Of a stretch of 64,000 nucleotides of DNA, positions 17,064 through 35,537 are shown piece by piece. Both the position numbers and the translations under genes were made by a program. The notes under the pieces are model-generated. The model saw only the letters and a program-made list of their open reading frames with translations, made no database searches and was not told the origin of the DNA. Source of the DNA: Camelus ferus (lineage: Eukaryota); the NCBI RefSeq assembly GCF_009834535.1, contig NC_045710.1, positions 54,870,001 to 54,934,000 of the forward strand, read 5' to 3'. Numbering within the stretch: position 1 is the stretch's first letter; each line of letters opens with the position of its first letter.

Positions 17064-17578
17064 TTAGCGCCCAGTACTATCGCCAGGCTTGTCCCCGCTC
17101 GCCGCCGCGCCCCTGGTCTGGACGTGGGAGGCAAAGGCTGTGAGCATTTCCTGGGCAGTGAGGTGCGCGCCGCGCATAATCAGGCGATGCCCGTCTCCTG
17201 GGGAAGGAACAAAGGAGTCAGGCGCCGGGAGGACGGCGGGTCCGAGGGCGCGCGACTCCCGCCCGACTCCCCACTCGACCCACCGAACAGTACGTCCACG
17301 CAGGGCTCTGAGCCGTCATGCCTCACGTCCGCAATCACCGAGCAGTTGAGGTTGGTGGAGCGAACCTTCTCGCTGCTCACTGCCTGGAGGAAGGTCCTGC
17401 GGTGAGAAAACGGCGTGAGCAGGGGGCAGAGGAGGCCAGACCCCAGGCAGGAGGAAGGCGCGGCCCCACCTCCTTCCCCTTCGTACCTCGTCGACTCCAC
17501 GTTCTTCTCGAAGGGGCAGAATTGAACCCGAACCTGCTTAACAGGGCGGAGTCCGAGCCGAGCCAAGGACGCCGCCAT
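17064..17578 (-). CDS. MRPL53: Mitochondrial ribosomal protein mL53
   Basis: Exons 17578-17487 ([31 protein letters not shown]), 17396-17284, 17197-17064 ([21 protein letters not shown]). 339 nt = 112 aa. Confidence 0.97.
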
Positions 17579-17720
17579 GGTGACCTCCGCCCCGGAAGAA
17601 CTCGTGCCCGGAAGTGTCGCTTATGCGACCGGCTGTGAGCGGCGCGCTTTCGCAGGCCGCAGACCTTCGCGGGGTGAGCGTTGGTCCCCAAACCGCTCCC
17701 TTGGGCTCCCGGCCCGAGAG
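17579..17720 (-). promoter_or_regulatory. MRPL53 promoter with tandem GABPA (NRF-2)/ETS sites
   Basis: CCGGAAG at 17592-17598 and CCGGAAGTG at 17608-17616 immediately upstream of the ATG; typical of nuclear-encoded mitochondrial genes. Confidence 0.7.
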
Positions 17721-18449
17721 GAGGAGGAAGGCCAGGAGGGAGAGATGGTTTCCGCACAGGGTATGGGGGCCCAAAGTAAGCGGTCAGTAAGTACTGCCTA
17801 TCATTAATAGCCCTCTTGTACCGCAGTGAAGACAATAAATCAGTCGTGCAAAAGCCGTTTGCACCTGGCTCCGACACCACGTCTCTTGCAGCCTCTTCCC
17901 CTTTGTACCGTGTTGTGCCAGATCTAGGTTAACGCCATCTTAAGTGCTGGTCCCATCCGAGCAGAGGGCACTACCACGGCAGGGATTATATAAGTACCAG
18001 GGGGTAAAGCCTCTCAGGGAAATGAAGATTAAACATGTGGAACTTCGAGTAATCAAAGCTTACACATGAAGGTCCTACAGCTCAATATTCTTAAATGACT
18101 GAAAATAGTAATGGGGAGGGGAGCACAGAGTATATAGACGGTGGGGCTGATCCAGGAGTAGAAATTACTTTTCCACTGTCGTGGTTCCTGATGAATTAAC
18201 TTTGTAATAGTTCCTGACCTTTTTGTGTTTAGCCTGGCTCCTGGGACCTAAGAGAAAGTGGCATCTAGGCTCCCTGCCTTCTGTTGTTTTTTCTTTTTCC
18301 CTTTCCCCTGGGATCCAACCCTACAGCCTTACGCCCAGCGTCTGGCCCCTTACTACCCGTGTCTAGCCCCAAGACGTCTCCACTGATGGGAACTGAGCCC
18401 AAGCCTTCCAAGGATGCTGACCTCCAGGTTCTAAGCTGTGGTTATGCCT

Positions 18450-18455
18450 TTTATT
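18450..18455 (-). terminator. Candidate CCDC142 poly(A) signal
   Basis: TTTATT on + strand, about 200 nt beyond the stop. Confidence 0.45.
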
Positions 18456-18652
18456 CTGGATTCCAGGCACTGGAGTGATGTTGGATTCTTAGCTTTTTAA
18501 GTCCAGGCTCTGTGTAGCTTATGGTTCTCAGGTATGCTTTCTTCCAAGCTCCCAATTAGGCTTTTTAAAAATATATATATGCATTTCTGAATGTCTGGGC
18601 TTTTTCAGATAGAGATGGGGAGCTTATGCTCTCTGGCTTCTGACCAGGCTCC

Positions 18653-21600
18653 TTAGGATTCAGAACTGGTTCCCAGGCAGGAAAGAAAAGGTAAGTGCCA
18701 GCGCGGGTGCTGGTGCTGCCTCAGGGCAAGCCAGGCCTGCTGATTTCCTACCAGGTAAGCCTCAGGGCTAGGTCCTCCTCCCCATAGTGTGCTTAGCAGC
18801 TGAGCTGTCTGGGCTCGGGGTGCTCCAGGCTGAAGAGGAGGCTCCAAGCTCTCCAGGCTGTTGAGGCTGCTGCTGGGCAGGTCCGTGTTCAGGATGTCAT
18901 TACATGCACCTGGTAAGGCAAGAGTGGAAGGCAGGTGGCTGGCAGGGAGACACTGAAGCCAGATCAATAATAAGGATGGGGATGTGGCACAGAAAGGGGT
19001 GAAGAGAGCCTGGAGTTGGGGAAGGAGAGTGACTCACAGCAACAGGAAGGCCTCCTGTGGACTTGAGTCTTGGGCAAGGGCTGCTGCAATAGACACAGCA
19101 GTGCCCCGTCCAGCTGCTGGAAGATGCTGAGCATGAGCAGAGTCTGGCGAAGTTCTGGGGACAGGCCCCACTGCTCCTCCTCCAGCAACTCCCGGACCAC
19201 TGCAAAGTCTTGTCTGAGCTGCAGCGCCCCCTGCAGGCTGAAGGCCAAGGTACAACGTGGCCACCTGGCCCTCCTGCCTCTCCCAAACTGCTCTATCCCC
19301 CTCCCTTTTCCCAGTTCCATTCATCCCCCAGCCTCTGCCTCCTTTTCTCCCCACCTGAACCGGATCCCATGGGTGAGGATGTGGTTGAGCCAGGCACCCA
19401 GGATGGCAGTCAGCGCCTGGCTGAGGGCAGGGGCCTGGGCTTGGGGTGGCAGTCCTTGCAATCCTTGCAACACAGGCTCCAGTATCCTGCGGACCACCAA
19501 CCCAGCATACTCACTAGGAATGCTGGGAAGTTCTGGAGTGAGAGAAGAGAAAGGACAGGATATGAAGCTAGGGAGATCCATCAAAGGCCCTAATGGAGCC
19601 TTTGGGGTAAGAAGGTAGTATTTGGTGGGGGGTGGGGGTGGGGGTTGCAGAGCACACAGAAGGTGAGGACAAGGATGGACACAGAGGGCTGGAACTAGGA
19701 TTTGGAAGGGTTAGGACACAGTTACCCTCCAGGAACCTGGAAGGGGATGCTGGGATGAGGAGTTACCAGGACAGAGACGATGCCGCCAGTACCGACCCCG
19801 TGGCATATAGAGTTCGAAGTCCTGTGTGGCTTGTTTATGACATTCTTGAAAAAAGAGACCTAGTGACTCTTCTGGTAGGAGCTGTGGGGATAAGGAGAAA
19901 GTAAAAGGGACTTATCTGTGAGGGACTTGTCAAGTAATCTGCTCTTGTAGATCTGAGGTGTTTACCCTGGCATCCATACAGCCCCAGAAACAGAATTGTA
20001 TGCATAATTGTATGGCTTGGGCATTTTCTGAGGAGAGATGCTATAGCTTTTATTGGGTTTTCCAAAAGATCTGGACCCAGAGAAGATTATGGACAATTGC
20101 CATAGGATTACCCAGCTCTCCTCAGCCTGGTTCAGAGGATGGAAATCCTCCAGGTTAATTTTATTCTACAGTAATGTTAACAGGAAAAAAAGAGGGCAAC
20201 ATGCTCACCACCACCAGGGTTCAAAAGTGAATGCTAGAGAGGGAGGTCTACATGATTGGCAGATAGGCAGAGGCTGAAGAAAGAAAAGGGAATTGTACCA
20301 TCTTCTGCCTGTTGTCTATAAGGGAACTGTGTGTACACCGGGAGCAGTGACTCTAACTTTCTGAGACTCAGGAACCTTTGGAATGTCCTCACACTGAATA
20401 GTCCTTATAGCCGCTTGCATTTCTCCAGAGCAAACTTAACCCGTAAAGCAAGAAAAGGCGCCTGTGCGGGTTTGGTTTCTTTGGTTTGATAGGTTTTGTT
20501 TTGGGAGGGGGAGGAGACAGCAAAAAAGAGGGGTCTCTACAGCCTGTCTTGGAGAAGAACCTCAGGAAGTGGGGTGTGTAGTGGCAGGTCTAAAGAAAAA
20601 GTGACTGCATGCCAAGGAGCCTGAAGAGAGGAAGGGACCTTAGCTTGGGGGGGGCGGGGTGCATAGGCAGGGAGAGCCCACGTGGCTCCTGATATATATT
20701 CTGACCACAGCCTGTCTAAATCCAAACTCTTATCCCCAAAACTACAACCCCCTTCTTATTTGTGGCACAGAAATCACCCTTTTGTCAACTGACATTTGTT
20801 AGGAAATTCTGCACTCAACACTCTGAGGAAAGACAAGGTCACACTATGGGACCGTCTTTTTCTATACGACATGACAGTTCAGCTGAGGAGAAAACTCATG
20901 TCTGATTCTTCTTTTTCATCCCAGAGCTGTAGTCAGTGGAATACCCAGAGGAGACACCCAGCAATGCAGGTCACCAGGCGGAGGGACAAGGCATGAAACT
21001 GCTTGGGATAGTGTTTGGTTCACACGGTGCGCACACCATCCCTGTCCCTTTTGCTCTGTTCTCATCACAACTACCAAGAGCTGGACCCTTCTCGTATTAC
21101 ACCTCCCCACCTCCCTTTTATCCTGACCACCACCGCTGGATCAGACTCTGTCACTGTCTTCACTGTTCCCCTCCTGCTCTTACAATGGCTCCTATCACTT
21201 AAGAGATAAAGTCCAGAATCTGTGGGCTGGTGTTCAGTGCCCTCCACAGTTTGATGACAACCTACTTTTCCACAGTCCTCCACCCCTCCCCTTCACACAG
21301 GCATGCGAGGACGAGGGCATGCTCATGTGTGTACACACACACATACACACACCCCTTCTGCTTCAGTCAGGCCATCTCCCCACTGCTCCTCCAAGGAACT
21401 GTAAACTGCCCACCTCCAGTAACCCCTGCTACTCCTCTGAGGCTGCCCAGCTGCCAGCTTGAGCCATAGGCCCTGTAAGGAGCTTCTGTTTCCACGTGTC
21501 CACCGTGGCCTTCCCTGCTAAGAGCTCCCACAACCATCACTGTCCACCCTATTCATGAAGAGCCTGCTCTGGGACATCACTGTCCACCCTATTCATGAAG

Positions 21601-24600
21601 AGCCTGGAAAGAGGCAGCAGTAAATTGAGGTGGAAATGCCCAACAAGCAGATGCAGATGGTGGGTTAGGGCTAAGCTGAGGGGAGGCAGGGTCCACAGCA
21701 CCAAGGCACTGTGGAATGCAGAGAGAACAGAAGTAGAGGGACAAGGGCTGAACTCTGCAGCCATGCCGCCACTCAGGGCAATGAGGAGAAATCTATATTC
21801 AACTACTGATGTGCACTTAGGATGCTTCCATATCTTGGCAATTATAAATAATATTGCTATTAATAGAAGGGCGTATGTATCTTTTTGAGTAAATTCTTAT
21901 TTTGTGGTTGGCTTTATTCCTTTGATAACTGTATAAGTTTAAAAAGCTAAAGCTCTAAACGTTCTTAGAAACAATGAACGGTACATATACGTAAATTAAA
22001 AGTATATATGCAGTAAAAAAAAAAAAAGTCTATCAAGCCATGAAAGACACAGAAGAAACTTAAAAGACATATTACTAAATGGAAGAAGCCAGTCTGAAAA
22101 GGCTACAAACTGTACGATTCCAACCAAATGACATTCTGGAAAAGGCAAAGCTATAGAAACAATAAAAAGATCGTGGTTTCCAGGAGTTTGGGGAGAGGGA
22201 GGGAGGGGGGAATGAACAGATGGAGCACNNNNNNNNNNNNNNNNNNNNNNNNNNNNNNNNNNNNNNNNNNNNNNNNNNNNNNNNNNNNNNNNNNNNNNNN
22301 NNNNNNNNNNNNNNNNNNNNNNNNNNNNNNNNNNNNNNNNNNNNNNNNNNNNNNNNNNNNNNNNNNNNNNNNNNNNNNNNNNNNNCATTGATATGTACCA
22401 AAGACGCCACACTGATGAGGGATGCTGAGTGTAGGGGAGTATATACGTGTGGGTGGGGAGGGCTATGTGCGAACTCTCTGTATTTTCTGCTCAGTTCTGC
22501 TGAAACCTGAAACTGTTCTAAAAGAATAACGTCTATTAAAAATTTTTTTTTTAAAAAGGAGAAACCTGAGCAGTAAGCGGGAACAAAAAGCAGACATCAC
22601 CCATGGTAGTAACAGATACTGTGTGAAGTGGGGACAAATTAAAATAGAAGTATGAAAGGTTTAATTCATAAATTTAGAAGAAAATAAGAAATGTTAGAAG
22701 AAAAAGCCAAAAGTGGATGGAAGTTACCACTGTGGAATCAGGGTCAGAGGTGGGAGCAGGGGCCAATGACAGTGCTACTTTCTCATTAAGAAGCCTTCTA
22801 AAATAATATTCTATTTCAGTTTGAATAAAAATACAAGTTATACTTTTAGGAAATAGAAGAAACATTGTATCAAAAACTAATATGTAAAGGGAAGACAATC
22901 ATTTACCTTGCTTGTTCTCAACAAAATATACCTCAAAGTAACCAAGTAATTTATGAGGGCAAGTTTCACTTTATAAGGAGAATCCAGCTGGTAAATGAAG
23001 AAGGAATGATAGAATTGGTTTTTTTTTTAAATTTTATTTATTTGGGGGGTAATTAGATCTATTTGTTTTTAGAGGAGGTACTGGGGATTGAACCCAGGAC
23101 CTTGTGCATGCTAAGCATGCGCTCTACCACTTGAGCTGTACCCTCCTCAGGAATGATGGAATTGGAATGTCACCACTTTGCATCCCCCAGTGAAATAATG
23201 GATGTAGACAATGACCATCAATCATCAGTGGCTGTGAACAGCACACAGTAAGATTCTACGTGGGGGTTGGTGGTAGGATGTAGAAATGAAATAAAACTGA
23301 CCATGAGCTGGTAAGTGTTAAAACCTCAGTGGTAGGACTATGGGGTCCATTATACTCTTATCTCTACTTTTGTGTATGTTTGAAATTTTCCATAATAAAA
23401 AGCTAAATAAAGAACAAGAAGCAAAGAGCAAGAAAAGATAAATTTAGCGGTGCTTCCAAGGCACTGAGATGTTCCACCATCACCACAACCACCCCACCAA
23501 CCCCAAAGCTGGCGACTGTCCTGTCCCCTGCTCTCCTCACCTGGACCTGTGCAGTCAGCTTCCGGATCTCCAGGCCCAACTGCTGCTCCACCTCCAGGGC
23601 CAAGCTTTCCTCTGAAGCCAGGCTAGACAGAGCTTCTGCCTCACGCAATAGAGGCTTTAGCAGAAACAGGGAGTGAGATCAGAGCCCAGCCCAGAATGCT
23701 CCCCTCCCAATCCCCTTGCTACTCACAGGTAGGTCCTTCAGGGTCAGGAGCAGGAAGGAACCTGGGGCCCATGCTGCCAGGTGCTTCTGAGTTCTGCTCC
23801 AAAACCAGAGCAAGGTGGTCTGCAGGGTACAGAGCCCCAAGGCAAGAGGTGCAGGACCTGGGGAGGGGAGGGATGGAGTATCTGAAGGGCCACAGAACAC
23901 CTTTGGGAGGAGGCAGGCTTCCGAACAGAATGGAGGAATAAAGTGGGTATCCCCAACTGTCCTTCTGTTCCCCCCATCCCCAGCACCTTGTCTCACCTGG
24001 AGGCTGCCAGAGGAGCATCCCTGATCTGAGTTCTCGAAGGGCATCTAAGAGAGGAGGGAAGAGCTTTTGCAGAAGTTCAGTGGTACTAGAGGATGAGGGA
24101 AGGCTGCTCTGATCTCTACCAGCAGATCCCAAGGCCTGACAGAAGCCTGAAGATGAGGGGGGCACGGTTTGATAAGGAAGAGGTGTACTGGGGGTTAGGT
24201 TGCTACCAATACCCCTTCCTTCTCACCTTGGTCCCAGCTCCAGAGAAGAGACTGATGAATTAGGTTGTGACACAAAGACGCCAGCTCCTTCTCACACTCC
24301 TGAGGCAGTGATGCTAGTGGGAGAAATGACCCTGGAGCCTGAAAACAAGGCCTTTCTTTTCCACAACCACTGCCCACTCAATGATGGGGGAAAGGGGAGG
24401 CTTCCAAGACCAGCATGGAAAGCAAGACTTTGCCTTGAAAGCCCAGAAACTATAGCTTGAACTGCACCCGCACCCCCCACCCCCGCTGATGGGGGCGGTT
24501 GTGGGGAGTTCATCCTGAAGGGCTTGCTTTTGTAGTCAGGCTGAGAGGTGAGTGAGCTAAATATAGGAAAGAGACCCCAGCATTCCCAAACGCCCACCCA

Positions 24601-25689
24601 GGCCTGTCACTCACCCTGACCCAGTGCATTTTTCAGCTGTTGTGCCGCTTCCCTGGGGTCCTTCCAGGGTCCTAGATTTAGGTCCAGACTTTGCGCACAG
24701 GCTGCCCACAGCAGGGTCCAGTACTGGCTCCACAGGGCTCCAGCCCCGCCAAGCCCTAGTCCAGGGCTGACTGGACACGCCACGCCCTCCATCAGGCCCA
24801 GTAGCCCTGGCAGCAGCTCGCGCTCCTCGTGGCACCGCCTGCGGAGCTGGTCCCGCAAGCCGGATACCCCGAGCGCCTCATTCAGCCAACCTGCTACCAG
24901 GCAACCCCGCTCCCCTGTCAGGAGGCGGAGCACACGGGCCGGGGGAAAAGGGCGCGCGGCCCCTGGGACGTGGCTCAAGGCTTTTCCCTGCAGCTGGTGG
25001 TAGGCGGGAAGCGCCAGCAGCAGGTCGGCGAGTTGGGACGACAGGCCCGGGCTCGCGGGCGCCCGGCCCAGAGCCCGAAGCTGCATCTCGATTGTAGCCT
25101 CCAGGCGTTGGGCTGCTAGTCCGATCGGGCGCGCCAGGAGGAGCGGCTCGAGGGTCTCCTCAAGGCCGCTTCGCAGGACTGCCCCTCTGGAAGGGTGAGG
25201 CAGCAGGTCGCGGCACAGCTGAGGCAAGGGGCCGGGGCTGGGGCTGGCGGGTGGCACGCCGGGACTCAGGATCCTCAGGAGGCGCACGGCTGCCTGGAGG
25301 CGGCGGGCGCAGTCCCGGGCTTGGAGGAGCTGCTCTCGCTCCCGGTGCAGCCGCAGGAACACCGCCCGGAGACGCTGCAGCGCAGGCGGGATCGGGCCGC
25401 CAGCTGCCGGCTCCCGCCCCCAGGCCGCAGCGCCGGCCTCGCGGTGCTCTCCTGCGTCTGCCGGCGCCACCCAGCATGGCTGCCCTCCTGGAGCTCCGCC
25501 GGGCCGTGGGTCCAGGCAGGGGATGCTCCCGGCAGCCGGCAGCCCCGGCCTGCCACGAACGTCCCGGCGGAGAGCGCCCGCCCGCTCGCTCTGCCACTGC
25601 TCCTCCACAGTGCCCCCGGGCTGCGCCCGCAACGACGGCACGGTAGCGAGCGGAGACAGAAGACCACCGGAGCGAGACGCCTGGGCCAT
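18653..25689 (-). CDS. CCDC142: Coiled-coil domain-containing protein 142
   Basis: Exons 25689-24615 (MAQASRSGG...), 24313-24227, 24146-23997, 23857-23727, 23654-23541, 19881-19767 (LLPEESL...MPRGRYW), 19532-19355, 19237-19038, 18909-18653. All GT-AG, phases consistent, 768 aa. Confidence 0.95.
21535..21606. repeat. 32-bp perfect direct repeat with 8-bp spacer
   Basis: CATCACTGTCCACCCTATTCATGAAGAGCCTG at 21535-21566 and 21575-21606. Confidence 0.95.
22030..22555 (+). mobile_element. L1MB/MC-type 3' end in CCDC142 intron 5
   Basis: GAAGCCAGTCTGAAAAGGCTAC...ATGACATTCTGGAAAAGGCAAAGCTATAG...GAACTCTCTGTATTTTCTGCTCAGTT...AAACTGTTCTAAAA. Confidence 0.8.
23019..23148 (-). mobile_element. tRNA-Ala-derived SINE (camelid Vic-1-like) with 17-bp TSD
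   Basis: Reverse complement of GGGTACAGCTCAAGTGGTAGAGCGCATGCTTAGCATGCACAAGGTCCTGGGTTCAATCCCCAG plus A-rich tail; TSD AGGAATGAT(A/G)GAATTGG at 23002-23018 and 23149-23165. Confidence 0.9.
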
Positions 25690-25947
25690 GGGACGACCCG
25701 TGTGGAACGAACCTAACGATTCCCACCTCCCCGCGCCGCCCAGCGCCCGCGGCAGCCCGGGCTCCGCCCCATCCCCGGAGCGGTAGTCTCTGGCCCGGGA
25801 GCCGCCGGAACCGTCATGGACTCTCTCGCGCTCCGTAGTCGAGGCTTCTGCCCCTAACAAAGATGGCCGCCTAGCCGGTCCTACTCCGCCCTTTGGCTAG
25901 TATCAAATACCAGACTATCTTTCACTTTCGGGTCACTGTAACGGGAG
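25690..25947. promoter_or_regulatory. CCDC142/TTC31 bidirectional promoter
   Basis: Divergent ATGs only 258 nt apart inside a CpG island; YY1-like AAGATGGCCGCC at 25860-25871. Confidence 0.8.
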
Positions 25948-32352
<6,405 letters not shown>

Positions 32353-32457
32353 CTGATTTGCACCTGCAGCTGTCCTACGTATTCATAATTCCGACACTGG
32401 GAAGAGAGGAGCGTGAGTAAATGACTGCTTATTTCACCAAATCCAGGGTCTGTGGGA

Positions 32458-32640
32458 CTGGTTCTCAAAGTGTGGTCCCTGGGCCAGCAGCAGTATCGTC
32501 TGGGAGCTTTTCACAAATACAAATTCTCGGGGCCACCCTAGACCTTCTAAACCAGAAGCTGGAAGAGTAGGGCTCAACAGTTTGTGTTTCAAGAAGCCCT
32601 CCAGGTGACCTGAGGCACCCCAACATTTGGGAAGCTCGGC
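32458..32640 (+). mobile_element. MER5A (hAT-Charlie) DNA transposon fossil
   Basis: CTGGTTCTCAAAGTGTGGTCCCTGGGCCAGCAGCA...AATTCTCGGGGCCACCCTAGACC...AAGCCCTCCAGGTGA matches the recalled MER5A consensus. Confidence 0.85.
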
Positions 32641-32980
32641 TCTAGCTCCTGGCCTAGGAGACGCCCATCCAGGAGGCCATTTTGTTGGGGCAAGTTTGAG
32701 TTTCGTTTATTCGAGTCTTCGTTACAAAAGGTGGCAGCACTGGGCTAGAATTAAGGAAGCCTCGAGTAGAAAAAAGTTACGGCTCAGAGCCAGTTGACTT
32801 GACCTGACCCTGCCTATCTTGCGGACTAGAATTATTTGCCCTGGGAGTTCTTTGCTCATGCCTGGTGGAGGGGTGGGGTTCGGGAGCCTGTGCTTGTGTT
32901 TGTTTAAAGGGTGATTATATCACAGTGACTCCGTAAGAGGCCTGCTCATCTGGCCTCGTTCTGGGCTGGGGCTGGGGGTG

Positions 32981-33228
32981 CGGTGGGACTTCTCTGCTTT
33001 GGGGACTCCACTAGGGACCCTGGCTCGTCAAAGAAGGGCCACCCACCACCCATGTTTGGCATCTTTGCTTGCAGGCTGAGCTGGCTCCTTACTCTTGTAG
33101 CCTCTCAAAGAAATGTCCCCTCTCCTGTACCTCTGATCCTGTCCTGGACTTGAATCTTCAAGAGCCATAGGGCTCCTGACACGGTGGGACTTCTCTGCTT
33201 TGGGGACTCCACTAGGGACCCTGGCTCG
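32981..33228. repeat. 47-bp perfect direct repeat, 201-bp period
   Basis: CGGTGGGACTTCTCTGCTTTGGGGACTCCACTAGGGACCCTGGCTCG at 32981-33027 and 33182-33228. Confidence 0.95.
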
Positions 33229-33272
33229 CTGACCTAGCAGCCTGAGAGTTCTGAGTCCCCAGGGCTAGGAAG

Positions 33273-33386
33273 CAGAGTGACCAACCATCCTGGTTTTCCA
33301 GGGACTGAGGGATTTCCTAGGCCGTGGGGCTTTCAGTGTCAAAACCAGGAAAGTCCTGGGCAAACAGGAATGAGTTGGTCACCCCA
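33273..33386. mobile_element. MER81 (hAT-Blackjack) MITE
   Basis: 114 bp, near-palindromic, with TIRs CAGAGTGACCAACC ... GAGTTGGTCACCCCA. Confidence 0.8.
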
Positions 33387-33406
33387 ATCTGAAGGTTCTA
33401 GAGAGG

Positions 33407-33559
33407 GGGGAGGGTATAGCTCAAGTGGTAGAACGCATGTTAAGCATGCAGGAGGTCCTGGGTTCAATCCCCAGTCCCTCCTCTAAAAATAAGTAAATAA
33501 TCCTAATTACCACCACCCCCTAAAAAAAAAAAGACTACATTTTTAAAAATTAAAAAATA
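33407..33559 (+). mobile_element. tRNA-Ala-derived SINE with 15-bp TSD
   Basis: A box (TAGCTCAAGTGG), B box (GGTTCAATCC), A-rich tail; TSD AAGGT(T/C)CTAGAGAGG at 33392-33406 and 33560-33574. Confidence 0.92.
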
Positions 33560-35214
33560 AAGGTCCTAGAGAGGTAGCCTTTAGAAGGGGATGAACAGAA
33601 TATAGATGGGGCCCTGAACAGGAACCAGGGGAGCTATGTGTGTGTGTGTGTTGTATTTGTGTATTGAAGGGGCAGTGCAGGAGCAAAGGTTCCTTTTTGT
33701 ACACAGTGGGTGACAGATGAGCTCTGTGCTAGTAGGCATTCTCTGCTTCTGTCAGTGGTGCCACTTTCCTGCCAGTTGCCCAGGGTTGCAAGGTCGTCTC
33801 TGATTCCTCAAATCATTGGTCACTGGAGTAATTACACTGATTCCTGTTCCATGACAACCTCTGCACTCCAGTCTGGCCCTGAATTCTCTCTGCTCTTACC
33901 TTTCACAGTGGCCAGAGCTACACTTCTTCCTCAGATCTGTGCAGGTCTCCGGTTCACCCTGCACATGCAGCCAGATTAGCTGGTCTGAGCTCTGCTCTCA
34001 TGCCTCTCCTCACTAACACCTCCAAGGACCATGCTCTGTCTGGAGTACAACGGCTGAATTCCTATCTTTGGCCCTGCCTCCTCTCCTCTCTCTCTGAACC
34101 CTTCTCCCAGTTAGGCCCAGGCTGAGTTATAGGAACAGAACCTGTAGTGGCCAAAAGCATGAGCTCCTGAATCAGCCAAGCAATCAGGTTAATCACAGCC
34201 CTGCCACTTACAGACTTCATGACACAATCAGGTTTCTTTGAGGTTTCCATGACATGATCATGGGCTTCTGTGATCCAGTCTCTTTATCCTTAAAATGAAG
34301 TTAAAGTCTCATCTCATGAGGTTATGGTAAAGATTAGGCCATGCAAAGCACTTGGAACTGTGTCTTAAAATGCCAGGTTCCTTTCTGCCTTCCAGCCTTG
34401 TTCGTTCCCCTGAAATATCCTTTCTGCCTTCTAGCTGACACCACCCCTACCCCAACGTTGAACCCCAGGTGGATTATTTCCAGAGCATCCTGATGGTGGG
34501 GTTGTAGCACCTGAGCATGGGAAGGTCTGAGGAGGGAGGAGGGGCTGATAGGGAGAGAAGGGAGGCAGGAGACCAAGCCTAAGCATGGTCTCCTGAAGAT
34601 GAGCTGGGATGGCCGGGCATGGGGGAAGACCTGCAGCCACAGGAGTGTTTCTCTTCCCTCCCCATCACACGCAGGATGGTGATTAATCACCAGCATTAGA
34701 AATTGATCTCGGAAATATCCACAGGAGGAGGTGGGTTGGGCTCTCTGCAAGCGGCTACTCCAAGATCCACCTTGGCAGGTAGGGCCAGGCCTTCTCACCC
34801 TCCTGCCACCGCCACCATCCTGGCGGGGACATTTTCTGCCCAAGTACTAGTCGAGTGGAAGTCCTAGAAACAGCTGTGTGCCCCCTCTCCCAGCGCTCAT
34901 CATGTTGCCTGTGTTCCAGCATAGGATTCCTTCCGTGGGGGCAAGAAGAAGGGTCGAGACCCCATTAACAATTGACCTCAGGGTGGGGAAACAGGAAAGA
35001 GTCAGGCAGGACGTTGTCACTCTGAGGCCAGTCTATTCGTTAGGCTCAAAGTCTCCCAGGCGGCGTATGATCAAAGGCCGGGCGACCAGTACAGGAAGAG
35101 TCGGCTCTGCCCGAAGCTACCAGAATCCCATGCCCTTCCCCTCATCCGGAGCAGAAAGCTAACCAGCACCAGCTCTGAAGGCTGACTGGATGCCTGGCCC
35201 AAATCCTGACCTGG

Positions 35215-35320
35215 GGGTTCGTCCTTTGTAAAATGGGCGTAGTTATATCACCTACCTTACAGGGTCGCTATGCAGGTTAACGGAAACACCGCGTTTAAAG
35301 CGCCGGGCACAGTGCCAAAC
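35215..35320 (+). mobile_element. MIR core, unusually CpG-rich
   Basis: TTTGTAAAATGGGCGTAGTTATATCACCTACCTTACAGGGTCGCTATGCAGGTTAACGG...GCGCCGGGCACAGTGCC. Confidence 0.65.
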
Positions 35321-35401
35321 AGAATCTTCGCGATAATCAGTAGAGTCCGCTCTTACTGCTCTGGGCGCCAGGACTGAGGCATGCTGTGGCGGAGTCTCAA
35401 C

Positions 35402-35407
35402 TTTATT
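35402..35407 (-). terminator. Probable LBX2 poly(A) signal
   Basis: TTTATT on + strand, 130 nt beyond the stop. Confidence 0.65.
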
Positions 35408-35537
35408 CTCAGCAGTTGGGAAATGTGGGCGTCTGGGCTGTGAGGCCTGGGTCGACACCCTCCCTCCACCCCGGAACCCCGACTGGACGCGGAGGCGCGG
35501 AGTCCAGCGCCCCGGAGCCCGGGCGGCGGCTTTCGCT

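Noticed and set aside
21535-21606. Repeat-spacer-repeat pattern reminiscent of CRISPR
   Set aside because: Only two units, an 8-bp spacer, a eukaryotic intron and no cas genes.
25690-25860. Open in-frame upstream extensions of CCDC142 (57 codons from TTG) and MOGS (38 codons from GTG at 13865)
   Set aside because: No ATG, expected in GC-rich leaders, and probably extending beyond the TSS; no evidence for non-AUG initiation.
33407-33482. tRNA-Ala(AGC)-like cloverleaf with A and B boxes
   Set aside because: It is followed by an A-rich tail and flanked by a TSD, has imperfect stems, and has three sibling copies in the window: a SINE, not a tRNA gene.
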